Source: Thermococcus sp. JdFR-02
GTDB lineage: Archaea; Methanobacteriota_B; Thermococci; Thermococcales; Thermococcaceae
Direction of reading: 5' to 3'
Length of the DNA stretch: 45,442 nt
Assembly (NCBI GenBank): GCA_002009975.1
Contig: MTLP01000001.1
Location: 1-45,442, forward strand
The position numbers and the translations under genes are program-made. The notes under the pieces were generated by a model. That model saw only the letters and a list, made by a program, of their open reading frames with translations. It did no database searches and had not been told where the DNA came from. How positions within the stretch are numbered: position 1 is the first letter of the stretch; the number at the start of each line of letters is the position of its first letter. Shown here one piece after another: positions 21,758 through 31,032 of this stretch.

Positions 21758-22331
21758 CACTTATAACAACAATCTCCTCAAAGAAATATCTTTCCCTAGC
21801 TGTTATTTCTACGTTGAAGCCTTTAGCGTTGAGCTTTTCTAAGGTTTCTTCTATGCCAGTTAAAGAAGATTGCACGATTTGGACAACACCATTTGGAGTT
21901 AAATAATTTGAAACTTCTTCGATAAACCTGTCCAAAACTTCCCTTCCACTTTCTCCTCCACTCCATGCCCTTTCTATCATTTCTTTTGGCTCTTCATCTG
22001 GTAAGTAAGGGGCATTGAAGGTTATGATATCAAACTTTCCATCAATGTTTTCAAATAAATCACTTAGACGAAATTCAACGTTCTTTATGTTGTTGATTTT
22101 TGCATTTTCCTTTGCTAATTCTACAGCATAAGGATTTACATCAACACCTAAAACAAATTTAGCTTTTTTGCTCATTAAAAGAGCAATTATTCCAGTTCCT
22201 GTTCCAACATCTAAAGCTAAATCACCTCGCTTAATTTTCAGATTTTCTGCTAAAAGAAAGCTATCCTCTGCTGGAGAATAGACTTGAGGATGAAGCTTGA
22301 TTTTTAACCCCTTATAATATAAGAAATCCAT
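21735..22331 (-). CDS. HemK2/Mtq2-family methyltransferase
   Basis: VYSPAEDSFLL, LDVGTGTG, FNAPY. Confidence 0.93.
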   Translation of the reverse strand: MDFLYYKGLKIKLHPQVYSPAEDSFLLAENLKIKRGDLALDVGTGTGIIALLMSKKAKFVLGVDVNPYAVELAKENAKINNIKNVEFRLSDLFENIDGKFDIITFNAPYLPDEEPKEMIERAWSGGESGREVLDRFIEEVSNYLTPNGVVQIVQSSLTGIEETLEKLNAKGFNVEITARERYFFEEIVVISAKLNKSV

Positions 22332-22367
22332 AATTCTGACCTCAAGTGTTAAAGAGAGAAAAGAAGG

Positions 22368-22520
22368 TCACTTCTTCCACTCAGTGTAGCCGCATCTTCC
22401 GCATGCCCATCTATCCTTGTGGTTTGCCATAAATATCCCTGGTCCGCATCTTGGGCAGTATTTGTTCTTCCTCGTTGCTTTTCCACCTTTAACTTCATAG
22501 AGCTTCCACTTTTGTCCCAT
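22368..22520 (-). CDS. rps27ae: 30S ribosomal protein S27ae
   Basis: Manual translation [50 protein letters not shown]. Confidence 0.96.
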   Translation of the reverse strand: MGQKWKLYEVKGGKATRKNKYCPRCGPGIFMANHKDRWACGRCGYTEWKK

Positions 22521-22530
22521 TTAAATCACC

Positions 22531-22827
22531 TCATTGGCTTTCCTCTTGGATTAACCCATCTCTTTTTAAAATATATTCGGGCTCTATATAGAGCATTCTC
22601 TCCTTGCTTTCATAGGATTTTGCAAATCCCCTTGAAACCCTGCTACCAAAGTATGAGCGAATGTATTGAACGATGGTTGTCTCTGGGTTTAAATCCAACA
22701 TAGCGACAAGCTTTCCTTTAACGTCCTTTCTTGAAGGTGTTGGCTCTCCTTCGTGAACGACTTCAAAGTAAATCTCCTTCCTTCCAACTAATGGATTTTC
22801 TTTAACTTCAATAATCCTAATCTCCAT
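22531..22827 (-). CDS. rps24e: 30S ribosomal protein S24e
   Basis: [18 protein letters not shown]. Confidence 0.96.
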   Translation of the reverse strand: MEIRIIEVKENPLVGRKEIYFEVVHEGEPTPSRKDVKGKLVAMLDLNPETTIVQYIRSYFGSRVSRGFAKSYESKERMLYIEPEYILKRDGLIQEESQ

Positions 22828-23368
22828 CGGTAACCACCTCCATTTCTCTAAGCAGTTTTGCAAATCTAAGCTTAGTTTCAGGAGTCACATTTATAAGCAC
22901 TATGCCCTCTTTGGGCTGTCCATAGATAACCAAACTTCCAACAGGAGCATAAATCACAGCAGGTATAGCCGCTAAATCTTCCTCGCCACAGATTTTGATA
23001 TGAACTTCTTTCCCTCTTTTGGCAAGCTCAATTGATTTTTTAATTGCATTTAATAAAGCTTTCGTTATTGTTGCCGGAGGATTATTAGCGGTTAGTATCA
23101 CAGCATTGGAATTTACCTCTGGATTGTAAACTTTGCGTTCAGTCTTATGGTCATAAATAGCCACGTTTGGCTTTATTCCAAGCCTAATAACGTTCTCAGT
23201 TACAACATCACCAACGGTTATTAAATAAGGAGCTGATTTAAACTTCTTTAGCGAATCAAAGTAAGGCTTAGGCAGTGGACCTTTAACTAATTGACCTAAT
23301 GGGATTTTCAACTTACTCCTGAGCTTTTCTGGCAGTTTATAGTAGATATCCCTTGTCATCTCGCCCAT
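22817..23368 (-). CDS. GTP-dependent dephospho-CoA kinase (DUF359)
   Basis: VGDVVT, D.KT.R, NPP, GEEDL, YGQP motifs; conserved position. Confidence 0.92.
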   Translation of the reverse strand: MGEMTRDIYYKLPEKLRSKLKIPLGQLVKGPLPKPYFDSLKKFKSAPYLITVGDVVTENVIRLGIKPNVAIYDHKTERKVYNPEVNSNAVILTANNPPATITKALLNAIKKSIELAKRGKEVHIKICGEEDLAAIPAVIYAPVGSLVIYGQPKEGIVLINVTPETKLRFAKLLREMEVVTDGD

Positions 23369-23381
23369 CAACTCTCTTACT

Positions 23382-23567
23382 TCATCTTACCCTGATAGCA
23401 TACTTGCCAGGAACTTTCACATCTAATGCTTGAGCAATTTTAGAGGTTTCGGGGTGTAGTATTATCACCAAATCAAACCATTCATCACTTAAATCCCTAC
23501 TACCGCAAACGGGACATCTGTCTTCTGTGGTTATATAGTGGCAGTGTCTACAGGCTTTTCCACTCAT
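23382..23567 (-). CDS. spt4: Transcription elongation factor Spt4 (RpoE'')
   Basis: ACRHC...CPVCGS, PGKYAIRVR. Confidence 0.96.
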   Translation of the reverse strand: MSGKACRHCHYITTEDRCPVCGSRDLSDEWFDLVIILHPETSKIAQALDVKVPGKYAIRVR

Positions 23568-24127
23568 CAAGCTTCACCTTCTTTACGCTTTTCCTTCTCG
23601 ATCCAATCGAACTTTCCTAGACCCGGTTGCCTCATCGTTAAACCTATCTTATTCTCCCTAATTATTTTGCTCTTGACACTTATAGCAATAATCCTCGCCC
23701 TAACTTTATCTCCCACTTTAAGAATACGCTTGCTTTCTTTTCCCACAAACTGCTTGTTCTTCTCATCAAACACAACATAATCATCCATTAACTGTGAAAC
23801 GTGAACTAAGCCATCCATCGGGCCAATTCTTATGAAAGTTCCGTATTGAACAGCATCTATAACTTCTCCCTCAACAACCTCATGAAGCTCAGGCTTCCAA
23901 ACTAAAACGTCAAAGACAGCTTCATGGTAAGTTGCCCCATCTCCAGGGACAATGATACCCTCACTAATCTCCTTGACGTCAAGAACAGCTAAGATGACAC
24001 CTTCATCCTTATCATAAATTCCCTCATAAGTTTCCCTCAACTCTTCCTTAGCGGCTTCTTTTGGATCCTTCATGAACTTTTGTGGTGGAATCCTAACAAC
24101 GTCTTTAACTGTAAGCAGTTTATACAT
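23567..24127 (-). CDS. rpoE: RNA polymerase subunit E' (Rpo7)
   Basis: DVVRIPP, GDGATYH, GPMDGLVHVSQ, LTMRQPGLG. Confidence 0.97.
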   Translation of the reverse strand: MYKLLTVKDVVRIPPQKFMKDPKEAAKEELRETYEGIYDKDEGVILAVLDVKEISEGIIVPGDGATYHEAVFDVLVWKPELHEVVEGEVIDAVQYGTFIRIGPMDGLVHVSQLMDDYVVFDEKNKQFVGKESKRILKVGDKVRARIIAISVKSKIIRENKIGLTMRQPGLGKFDWIEKEKRKEGEA

Positions 24128-24163
24128 AGCTTTAACCTCCCAAAATTTTAAAAATAGAAAGGA

Positions 24164-24697
24164 TCACTCCTTCCCAAACTTCTCTTTGTATAGCTCAATT
24201 GCCTTAAGGATTTCTTTCTTTGCAGTCTCGGCGTCCTCCCAACCTTCAACAATTATCTCTTTTCCTTGCAATTCCTTGTATCTTCTAAAGAAGTGGGCAA
24301 TCTCATCTAGGAATGCTTTTGGAACATCGCTTATGTCCTTCCAATCATTGAAGTAGGGATCCTCAACTGGAACTGCTAAAATCTTATAGTCTTTATCTCC
24401 GCTGTCTATCATTTTGAACAAGCCAATTGGTCTTGCCTCTATTAAAACTCCAGGATAAGTTGGTTCCCTCATAATTACCATGATATCAAAGGGATCGTCA
24501 TCGTCATACCATGTTCTTGGTATTATACCATAGTCAACTGGGTAGTGGAATGGGCTGTAAAGCACTCTATCAAGCTTTATTAATCCACTCTTTTTGTCAA
24601 GCTCATACTTGTTTCTGCTTCCCTTTGGAATTTCAATAAATGCATAGACGACTTCAGGAACCTCTGGTCCTGGCTCTAAGTCATGGAACGGATTCAT
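24164..24697 (-). CDS. ppa: Inorganic pyrophosphatase
   Basis: [23 protein letters not shown]. Confidence 0.97.
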   Translation of the reverse strand: MNPFHDLEPGPEVPEVVYAFIEIPKGSRNKYELDKKSGLIKLDRVLYSPFHYPVDYGIIPRTWYDDDDPFDIMVIMREPTYPGVLIEARPIGLFKMIDSGDKDYKILAVPVEDPYFNDWKDISDVPKAFLDEIAHFFRRYKELQGKEIIVEGWEDAETAKKEILKAIELYKEKFGKE

Positions 24698-24992
24698 CTC
24701 AACCACCTCATAGCGTTTTTAAAAGACAAGGTTATAAATTTACCTACGCTATCTGCATTTAGCTTTTAAGGTTAGCTTTTAAAGTTGTCGCCTCCTTGTT
24801 TATTTGAAATTATTATTGTCACTTAAATACTGACGTTTTCTGAATTCTTTTAATGTCAGCTGATTGTATTAGATACAAAGAGGATTAAATGAAAGCGTTT
24901 TGGAAAAATACATCTAAAAATAACTCATGTTGAATACTAGACTGAGAGTATTTTTAACTTGTTCCCTTACTGGACCAATACTTTTTCTGTAT

Positions 24993-25244
24993 TCACGATT
25001 CAGTATCTTTTCCATGTGCAAGCCTCTCTTTCAGCTCTCCCTCCGTAAGATACTCAATTTTGTTTGAATCACCAATAATGTACGGTTCTCTATGTTTGTG
25101 TTGTATTTTCTGATCAATGTAAAATGCTGTTAGAAGTATTATAACACCAATAATTTCAAATGACCCAACTTTCTCGTTTTCGGATAAAGGAATGCATAAA
25201 AGAACATAAAAAATAAAGATTGCAATCCAATATTTTATTTTCAC
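24993..25244 (-). CDS. Small 2-TM protein, YIIGDS family (copy 3)
   Basis: Two TM helices then PYIIGDSNKIEYLTEGELKERLAHGKDTES. Confidence 0.75.
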   Translation of the reverse strand: MKIKYWIAIFIFYVLLCIPLSENEKVGSFEIIGVIILLTAFYIDQKIQHKHREPYIIGDSNKIEYLTEGELKERLAHGKDTES

Positions 25245-25250
25245 AATTCC

Positions 25251-25512
25251 TCACCTTATCTTTTTGTTTAGGATTTCTTCAAGCTCATCTTGAGTCAAAT
25301 AAACCACCTCATTCGAATCCCCAATAACATATGGAGTTTTTATGTCAAAACCACCCAAAATTATATACGCTATGATAAGTGGAGTGCATAGGAATACTGC
25401 AATTAAGGCAAAACCAACAATCAAAGACTCCATTATATAACCCGCTCCTAATGAAGTCATAAAATACAGAAAAAAACAAGAAAAAGAGAGCATTCTTAAC
25501 TCGTCTCTTCAT
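25251..25512 (-). CDS. Small 2-TM protein, YIIGDS family (copy 2), probably frameshifted in T7 tract
   Basis: PYVIGDSNEVVYLTQDEL tail; RBS-associated ATG at 25512 is out of frame by one T. Confidence 0.6.
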
Positions 25513-25539
25513 CAGTCATCCCCCATACTCTCCCTGTAC

Positions 25540-25776
25540 TCACGACTCAATATCTTTTCCATGTCCAAGCCTCTCTTTCAGCTCTTCCTCCGTAAGATAC
25601 TCAACCTTACTTGAATCGCCGATGATGTATGGATTTCTCTCTTTTCTTTTGTCTTTTTGCAATAGACCAACTACAATCATGCTGGCAACTAATATATAAA
25701 GTACAATTTCCCTGGTTTCGACTAAATATAATAAAATTAAAAAGGAAATTGCAAGTAGTATCTTAATTCTCCTCAT
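25540..25776 (-). CDS. Small 2-TM protein, YIIGDS family (copy 1)
   Basis: TM region then PYIIGDSSKVEYLTEEELKERLGHGKDIES; RBS GGTGA. Confidence 0.78.
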   Translation of the reverse strand: MRRIKILLAISFLILLYLVETREIVLYILVASMIVVGLLQKDKRKERNPYIIGDSSKVEYLTEEELKERLGHGKDIES

Positions 25777-25781
25777 TTAAA

Positions 25782-25900
25782 TCACCCAAATAGCTGTTGT
25801 AATATTTCCTTGACAATCTTACTTCCATATTTGGCAATTAACGGCAAACTTTTTTGTCCTACCGATTTAACAAAAGGTATTATAGCTCCAGTGCTGAGCT
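25782..25900 (-). pseudogene. Orphan C-terminal stub, cationic amphipathic peptide
   Basis: ...GAIIPFVKSVGQKSLPLIAKYGSKIVKEILQQLFG*; stop overlaps RBS of next gene. Confidence 0.5.
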
Positions 25901-26422
25901 CATATGAATTTGTTGATTTGTTGTTTTCAAAAGTTTTAATGCACCGAGGATGTGAATTGTGCCAAAGGCTAAAATTGCCAATGTTTGGAAAGGTGACTCT
26001 GTAAATGTCAGTAGCATCCCACTCCAGAACAAGAGGAGGTAAGTCATTATACTGCCTTTCCACTTACCTGTAAGCTGTACAATCAGATAAAACGCAACAC
26101 TCACCAAGACAATTCTTGATGAAAATGCTAAGTATATTAATGCTCCAAGGGTCAATCCATCCACCAGATGAAGAGGTCTTAATGCCTTGGCGAGTATTAG
26201 GAATCCAAAGATTACAAGCCAGCCCAATATGCTACTTTTTGTTCCTGCCATTATTGTACTCCAGAATAAGAGAACATGTGGCAAGCCCAAATAAAGATTC
26301 AGCAGATACTCAAGCCGCTTCTGCTCAAGGGCACTAAATGTAGCAAAGTATACTAACATAAAAACAAGCAACAACACAGGAATAAAAACTAAAAGAAAGG
26401 CAGGAATTTCCCCAAAATTCAT
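25880..26422 (-). CDS. Multi-pass membrane protein (putative immunity)
   Basis: ~6 TM segments; start overlaps stop of GDNNLIVGDES stub. Confidence 0.75.
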   Translation of the reverse strand: MNFGEIPAFLLVFIPVLLLVFMLVYFATFSALEQKRLEYLLNLYLGLPHVLLFWSTIMAGTKSSILGWLVIFGFLILAKALRPLHLVDGLTLGALIYLAFSSRIVLVSVAFYLIVQLTGKWKGSIMTYLLLFWSGMLLTFTESPFQTLAILAFGTIHILGALKLLKTTNQQIHMSSALEL

Positions 26423-26454
26423 GACTCATCCCCCACTATAAGGTTGTTGTCTCC
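26419..26454 (-). repeat. Conserved tail repeat GDNNLIVGDES*
   Basis: GGAGACAACAACCTTATAGTGGGGGATGAGTCATGA. Confidence 0.85.
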
Positions 26455-26488
26455 CTAGTTCTGTTATTTCCTTTTAGATTCATCTCAA

Positions 26489-26698
26489 TCACGTAAGTAA
26501 ATCTTCTGTTGGTGTTAGGAGATATGCTATGAATATTAAGCCTGCGAACACAATGAAAACAAAGTGAACTACGAATAAGATTTCTGAAAGAGTCATGTTT
26601 TCAAACAAATCCGTAGCTAGTGCTGCAACAAACCAAATAAAAATGTAAAGAATAAGGAGCCATCTAGAAAGGACTTTAGGTATCTTGACCTTCATCAA
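26489..26698 (-). CDS. Small 2-TM protein, PTEDL family
   Basis: Two TM helices; ends LLTPTEDLLT; paralog of 26780-26986. Confidence 0.72.
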   Translation of the reverse strand: MMKVKIPKVLSRWLLILYIFIWFVAALATDLFENMTLSEILFVVHFVFIVFAGLIFIAYLLTPTEDLLT

Positions 26699-26724
26699 TT
26701 ATCCCCCACTATTAAGTTGTTACC
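26695..26724 (-). repeat. Conserved tail repeat GNNLIVGDN*
   Basis: GGTAACAACTTAATAGTGGGGGATAATTGA. Confidence 0.85.
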
Positions 26725-26779
26725 TCATCTAATATTCCCTTTGGATTCATTTCACTCACGTAAGTTAGTTGATCAGGTT

Positions 26780-26986
26780 CTAACGTAAATCTTCTGTTGG
26801 TGCTAAAAGATTCCAAATATACAAGAACACTAGTATTACTAGGAATGTTATAGTAGCTAATCCTAAAATCTCTTTAATACTGGCTTTCTCTGGCCATGCA
26901 AAAACAGAGAGAAAAAGAGAAATTATGTATATCTTGAGGAGATTTTTTGCATCTTTCAAGTCCGTACTCAAACTTAGAGGCATCAC
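26780..26986 (-). CDS. Small 2-TM protein, PTEDL family
   Basis: Two TM helices; ends LLAPTEDLR. Confidence 0.72.
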   Translation of the reverse strand: MMPLSLSTDLKDAKNLLKIYIISLFLSVFAWPEKASIKEILGLATITFLVILVFLYIWNLLAPTEDLR

Positions 26987-27015
26987 TCATCACCCACTAT
27001 TAAGTTGTTATTCAC
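26983..27015 (-). repeat. Conserved tail repeat VNNNLIVGDE*
   Basis: GTGAATAACAACTTAATAGTGGGTGATGAGTGA. Confidence 0.85.
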
Positions 27016-27470
27016 ATTTGTGACGGCTTCTGTCCCACCTCTTTCCGTATTATGTGAGAGTAAAGTGCTAGGACTGAGTAGGCGAAGTACACCACACCTA
27101 ACGCAATCCCTACTTTCACTGAACCAAGCTTCCAGTAAGTCATGACAAACGACAGTGCACACAGGCCGATCAAATACATCACACACAGTGCTGGACTCTC
27201 TGAGATTTTTCCAAGCACTCTCCCATTTATTTTGTTCTTCGCTATTAACAGCATGGACGCAAACGCCCCAACATATCCAGCGAGTTCATAAACTAGACCA
27301 AGGACTAACAGGATAGTCATAACCGTTGCTAGAGAGAGCACAGGTATAGTTTCATTTTTCCAATTCTTGGAGACTCCTTCTGCTACAATCATATAACTTA
27401 CTGAAACAATGAAAATAAAGTTAAGGACAAAGTAAACTAGGAATATGTCCACTAGACCCACTAATATCAC
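27012..27470 (-). CDS. Multi-pass membrane protein (putative immunity)
   Basis: ~5 TM; similar layout to 27538-27945. Confidence 0.75.
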   Translation of the reverse strand: MILVGLVDIFLVYFVLNFIFIVSVSYMIVAEGVSKNWKNETIPVLSLATVMTILLVLGLVYELAGYVGAFASMLLIAKNKINGRVLGKISESPALCVMYLIGLCALSFVMTYWKLGSVKVGIALGVVYFAYSVLALYSHIIRKEVGQKPSQM

Positions 27471-27473
27471 CCC

Positions 27474-27530
27474 TTAATCCTCAATTATTAAGTTATTATC
27501 TCCTGAATCATTGGGAAGTTCCACGTCAAA
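27474..27530 (-). repeat. Orphan stub FDVELPNDSGDNNLIIED*
   Basis: Matches tail of 27960-28451 cassette (PPDDPGDNNLIIGDN). Confidence 0.8.
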
Positions 27531-27537
27531 TCTTAAA

Positions 27538-27945
27538 TTATTTAGTCCTTAGGAGCAGTGCCATATAAGCTCCGTGAATCAATGCTGAAGTCAATATGGC
27601 GAATTTCACTGGGAGTTCGAAGGTTGTTAGTATGTATGCACAGATCAATAACATGGTCAATATGTATAGAATGCTGTAGTTGAATTTTCTGGCTAGGATT
27701 CCTAAGGTCTTGTCTTCTAGGCTGGTCTTAGTCATTGCTATTCCATATGCTAGGAAGGCAAGGGCCCCAGCTCCTTCGTGAAGTTTGCCAAAGATTAAAG
27801 TTATTGTCAGCATTGTGGGGGCGGAGAGGATGGGAGTCCTGGTATCAACCTTGGACTTCGGAGTTCCAATCACCTGAAGGATAAAAATTAGGAGAATAAA
27901 GAAAGCATTTGCAGAGATATAGAATCCAACAATTCCAACTCCCAT
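27538..27945 (-). CDS. Multi-pass membrane protein (putative immunity)
   Basis: ~5 TM; RBS GGTGAT directly after cassette stop. Confidence 0.78.
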   Translation of the reverse strand: MGVGIVGFYISANAFFILLIFILQVIGTPKSKVDTRTPILSAPTMLTITLIFGKLHEGAGALAFLAYGIAMTKTSLEDKTLGILARKFNYSILYILTMLLICAYILTTFELPVKFAILTSALIHGAYMALLLRTK

Positions 27946-27959
27946 CGAATATCACCTTG

Positions 27960-28451
27960 TTAGTTATCTCCGATAATGAGGTTGTTATCTCCTGGGTCGT
28001 CTGGAGGTATTGGTTCATTCATTACATGCCATACGAATTCTATATATAATACAAATATCCCTGCAATACCCCCAGCTGTTTTTGATGATACCTCAAGACC
28101 ATACCTCTCTGCAGATTTTTGAATTGCTTTGGTAAGACCTACCCATCCAGCTACTGTCTTGTAGTCACTAACTTTTCCCACTACCTCATTCTTAATTTTA
28201 ACAACTACACCGTATGCTCCCTTTACAACATCCCAAACCCCAGTTGGCTCTGGATTCATTTGTATTACGAACATTGTTGGGTTTTCTAGTTGATTTAGAT
28301 AAGCTTTGATTGCTATTGGTGTTCCTGGGTTCATGTCACTTAAATCCACTGGAATCCTCTCCTGTAATTCATCATTAATCGGAATCGTGAAAGTGAACGT
28401 TCCAGTGGAGTATGAGCTTAAACTCAAACTGCTCGGATTCGGAATTACCAA
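27960..28451 (-). pseudogene. Orphan alternative C-terminal cassette 3
   Basis: No signal peptide, starts mid beta-domain; Gly/Ala-rich hydrophobic helices, ends DNNLIIGDN. Confidence 0.65.
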
Positions 28452-28951
28452 GTTATCACTTCTTGGATATTGCCTGTTTTATAATTATGTAAGTATCTGA
28501 TTGATAGGAGAGCATAAACTACCAGAGGAGGTATTATTCCGATTATGTGGCTGGTTCTTAGTTTTCTGCAGAGCAACTTTAGCATTCCCACTGACATTAG
28601 TCCAAGTATGAGAGTGTTCACGAGTATTATACGTTCCTTCAAGTTCATTGAGAACCTTATAAACCTCTCACGCTGGTATTTTAGTCTAGCTGCTAAAATC
28701 GATGCCAAAGCAGTTGTCATAAGGATTCCCATTATTGCCGGGATTGAGTTGTTTAATCTTATTGAGAGTAGCATTCCAAAAATTCCCATCAGTACCAGGT
28801 ACGGAAAAACAACAATATCCACACCAAACTCTGGCAACTTACTTTCCACTTCGCCAACCAAGGGACGCATCCCCTCGTACTTAAAAACCAACACTAAAAT
28901 GAGAAAAACAAAAACAAAAAGAACCATGCCAAAATATACCTCACACATCAT
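28445..28951 (-). CDS. Multi-pass membrane protein (putative immunity)
   Basis: ~5 TM; likely ATG at 28951/28948 just after TDGNSICGDGG* stub. Confidence 0.75.
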   Translation of the reverse strand: MMCEVYFGMVLFVFVFLILVLVFKYEGMRPLVGEVESKLPEFGVDIVVFPYLVLMGIFGMLLSIRLNNSIPAIMGILMTTALASILAARLKYQRERFIRFSMNLKERIILVNTLILGLMSVGMLKLLCRKLRTSHIIGIIPPLVVYALLSIRYLHNYKTGNIQEVITW

Positions 28952-29023
28952 TTCAACCACCATCCCCACAGATCGAGTTTCCGTCAGTTTTAGTGTAGTT
29001 GTGTAGAGAATCATAAGATACAG

Positions 29024-29515
29024 CTAAGTTGTCAGTCTCGTTGATCTTTCTTGGAGTGTTAGTATTTTTAGTGTAATAATGTACTGTGATATATAAATTA
29101 GTGTGAATAATAGCAATGTTCTTGTCAAATTGCATTGTTCTCTTAGCTCCCAGTATACTTGAAGAGGAACTAGGTAAATAAAGAAGTACAAAACTGTGAC
29201 AATGACTTTTATTAGATTGTCTGAAATATGGAAGTGTCTTAGTAACAGGTATATCCCAAACCATATCATGAAAGATAGTAACAAATTCCAGACTACCGAG
29301 GCATCTGGAGTTAAGTAGTATGTAACATATGTAGAATTAATGTACACGAGAATTGGAAGAGATATCCCAAATGCTTTAAGCAACTTTGTATTTCCCTTTT
29401 CCCGCTTCCATTTTTCCGAATAGTACCAGATTGTTAAGATAAAACCAAAAATAAGTGAGAAATATAAGAAAGCAGACACAAATTGATACTCATGAAATAC
29501 TTCAAAGCACGACAC
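29024..29515 (-). CDS. Multi-pass membrane protein (putative immunity)
   Basis: ~5 TM; RBS GGAGGTGA formed by last codons of upstream cassette. Confidence 0.75.
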   Translation of the reverse strand: MSCFEVFHEYQFVSAFLYFSLIFGFILTIWYYSEKWKREKGNTKLLKAFGISLPILVYINSTYVTYYLTPDASVVWNLLLSFMIWFGIYLLLRHFHISDNLIKVIVTVLYFFIYLVPLQVYWELREQCNLTRTLLLFTLIYISQYIITLKILTLQERSTRLTT

Positions 29516-29519
29516 ATCA

Positions 29520-30461
29520 TCACCTCCTAACGGTGTCCCCTATAATTTCATTGTTATCCTGTTCTTGACCTCCGGGTATTGGTGGTCCAATGATACCCTT
29601 GTACATAAAATAAAAGAAGTCAATAGTTAAATGTTTCAAGGTAGAGAGGATAAATCCCACACCCTCTGGAATATCTGCAAGTATATGTATCTTTTCTCTT
29701 GTGTTTTCAGTCTCATAATAAGGAACTAAGGTTACATCATCCCCAATATAATTAGGTAGTACAGTTAAGTTTACATAGATCCTATAAGACATCCCATCCG
29801 GTTGTGTTAGGTACATGGTGTAAAATTCATCGCTAAATATATCTGTTGCCAAAGAACTATCAGCACTTATAACAAAAGAGAGAGTGTCTTCAACATTGCT
29901 CTGAGTTAAATTTGTTGCTCCAGTATCTATTCTTACACTTTTAGGTGGTCGATTAAACCTTGTTTGGGGATACAATGGATATTCTCCAAAAAATATCTCT
30001 CTGATGCTCACTTCCACTGAATTACTAGGTTCAAATATTGTACTCACATAGATCTTACATGAAATTATAGATTCAGTTCCAGGAGCACTCACTTGTACAA
30101 TTTTTGGAGTACATATCATCCAGGCTTCTATCTCTTCCTGTGAATTCACCGTTATCACTTTTTCATCCTCCTCCTGACCGTTAACTACGAGGTAAAACTT
30201 GTAAGTGCCCGGATTTGCGAAAGTGAAGTCAAACCAGTCCTGGTATTCCTCAAGAGGATCAAAGTCAACCTCAGCCTCCTTGACCTTAATAACACTGTGC
30301 CACACATCATCTGGCGAAGTGTAAACATAATACACCCTAACTGGAATAGAGTACCTTGGGGCGTTTTCATCATTCCTAACAGTAAGAGTGAACCTCACCT
30401 TAGCACCCACTGAGACATCACCACTAACTATACTGTTTTTGCTTTCTCTCCAACGCTTCAA
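29520..30461 (-). pseudogene. Orphan alternative C-terminal cassette 2 (CARDB-like domain + variable tip)
   Basis: VSVGAKVRFTLTVRN...FTFANPGTYKFYLVVNG resembles Ig repeats of the 1002-aa protein; no credible start; ends DNNEIIGDTVRR. Confidence 0.68.
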
Positions 30462-30888
30462 TTTCCTTAATAGCCTGCTGAAGCATCCTCAAGGACTTCC
30501 AATAAAGAATGAATGTAAGCACTGCCACTATCCAGACAAGAATTTCTTTTATTCCTGCTAGGAAAATCATCACTAAAACCATGAGTGCTGGAATGTGAAT
30601 ATGTTTCCATTTCTGTCTTAGATAATCGACGTCTAAAATGCCCCTTACAACTCTATAAATCAAGTAAATTGCGAGAATAGAAGCAAGCACTGGTGCAGCT
30701 CCTTTTCCTTGGGCTGCTGAAACATTACTGAATGCATATAGTAAAGAGAACCACGGGGCTAGTGTCATTAAAGTAACACTACCTTCATAATTCCCCCTCA
30801 TGCTCTGAAGTACCCATGTAATTATTAGAATAACAACATAAAATAGTGAGATTGCAAAAAATACAAAAAAAGGAAACTCTCCGTACAT
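30424..30888 (-). CDS. Multi-pass membrane protein (putative immunity)
   Basis: ~5 TM; follows TDGNKVIGG* stub. Confidence 0.78.
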   Translation of the reverse strand: MYGEFPFFVFFAISLFYVVILIITWVLQSMRGNYEGSVTLMTLAPWFSLLYAFSNVSAAQGKGAAPVLASILAIYLIYRVVRGILDVDYLRQKWKHIHIPALMVLVMIFLAGIKEILVWIVAVLTFILYWKSLRMLQQAIKEIEALERKQKQYS

Positions 30889-30893
30889 GCCCG

Positions 30894-31030
30894 CTACCCT
30901 CCTATGACTTTGTTTCCATCAGTTTCTACAAAATCTTCTGAATACTTCCACAACCACCACACCTCTTTTGCAATTCTAACTAACTTTTCAATTGCAATCC
31001 AGATAGCATTTTTAGGGGTTTCTATGACAG
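30894..31030 (-). pseudogene. Orphan C-terminal stub
   Basis: Open frame without start: VIETPKNAIWIAIEKLVRIAKEVWWLWKYSEDFVETDGNKVIGG*. Confidence 0.65.
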
Positions 31031-31032
31031 AT

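Noticed and set aside
26983-27186. 67-aa Cys-rich ORF as a gene
   Set aside because: Alternate frame of the 152-aa TM gene; only its last ~10 codons (tail repeat) are meaningful
26419-27530. Spaced ~30-bp repeats as a CRISPR array
   Set aside because: Spacers are 250-500 bp and contain genes; repeats are degenerate and codon-structured; no cas genes
28953-29264. 103-aa ORF as a gene
   Set aside because: Mostly overlaps the 163-aa TM gene in another frame; only the terminal stub is plausible
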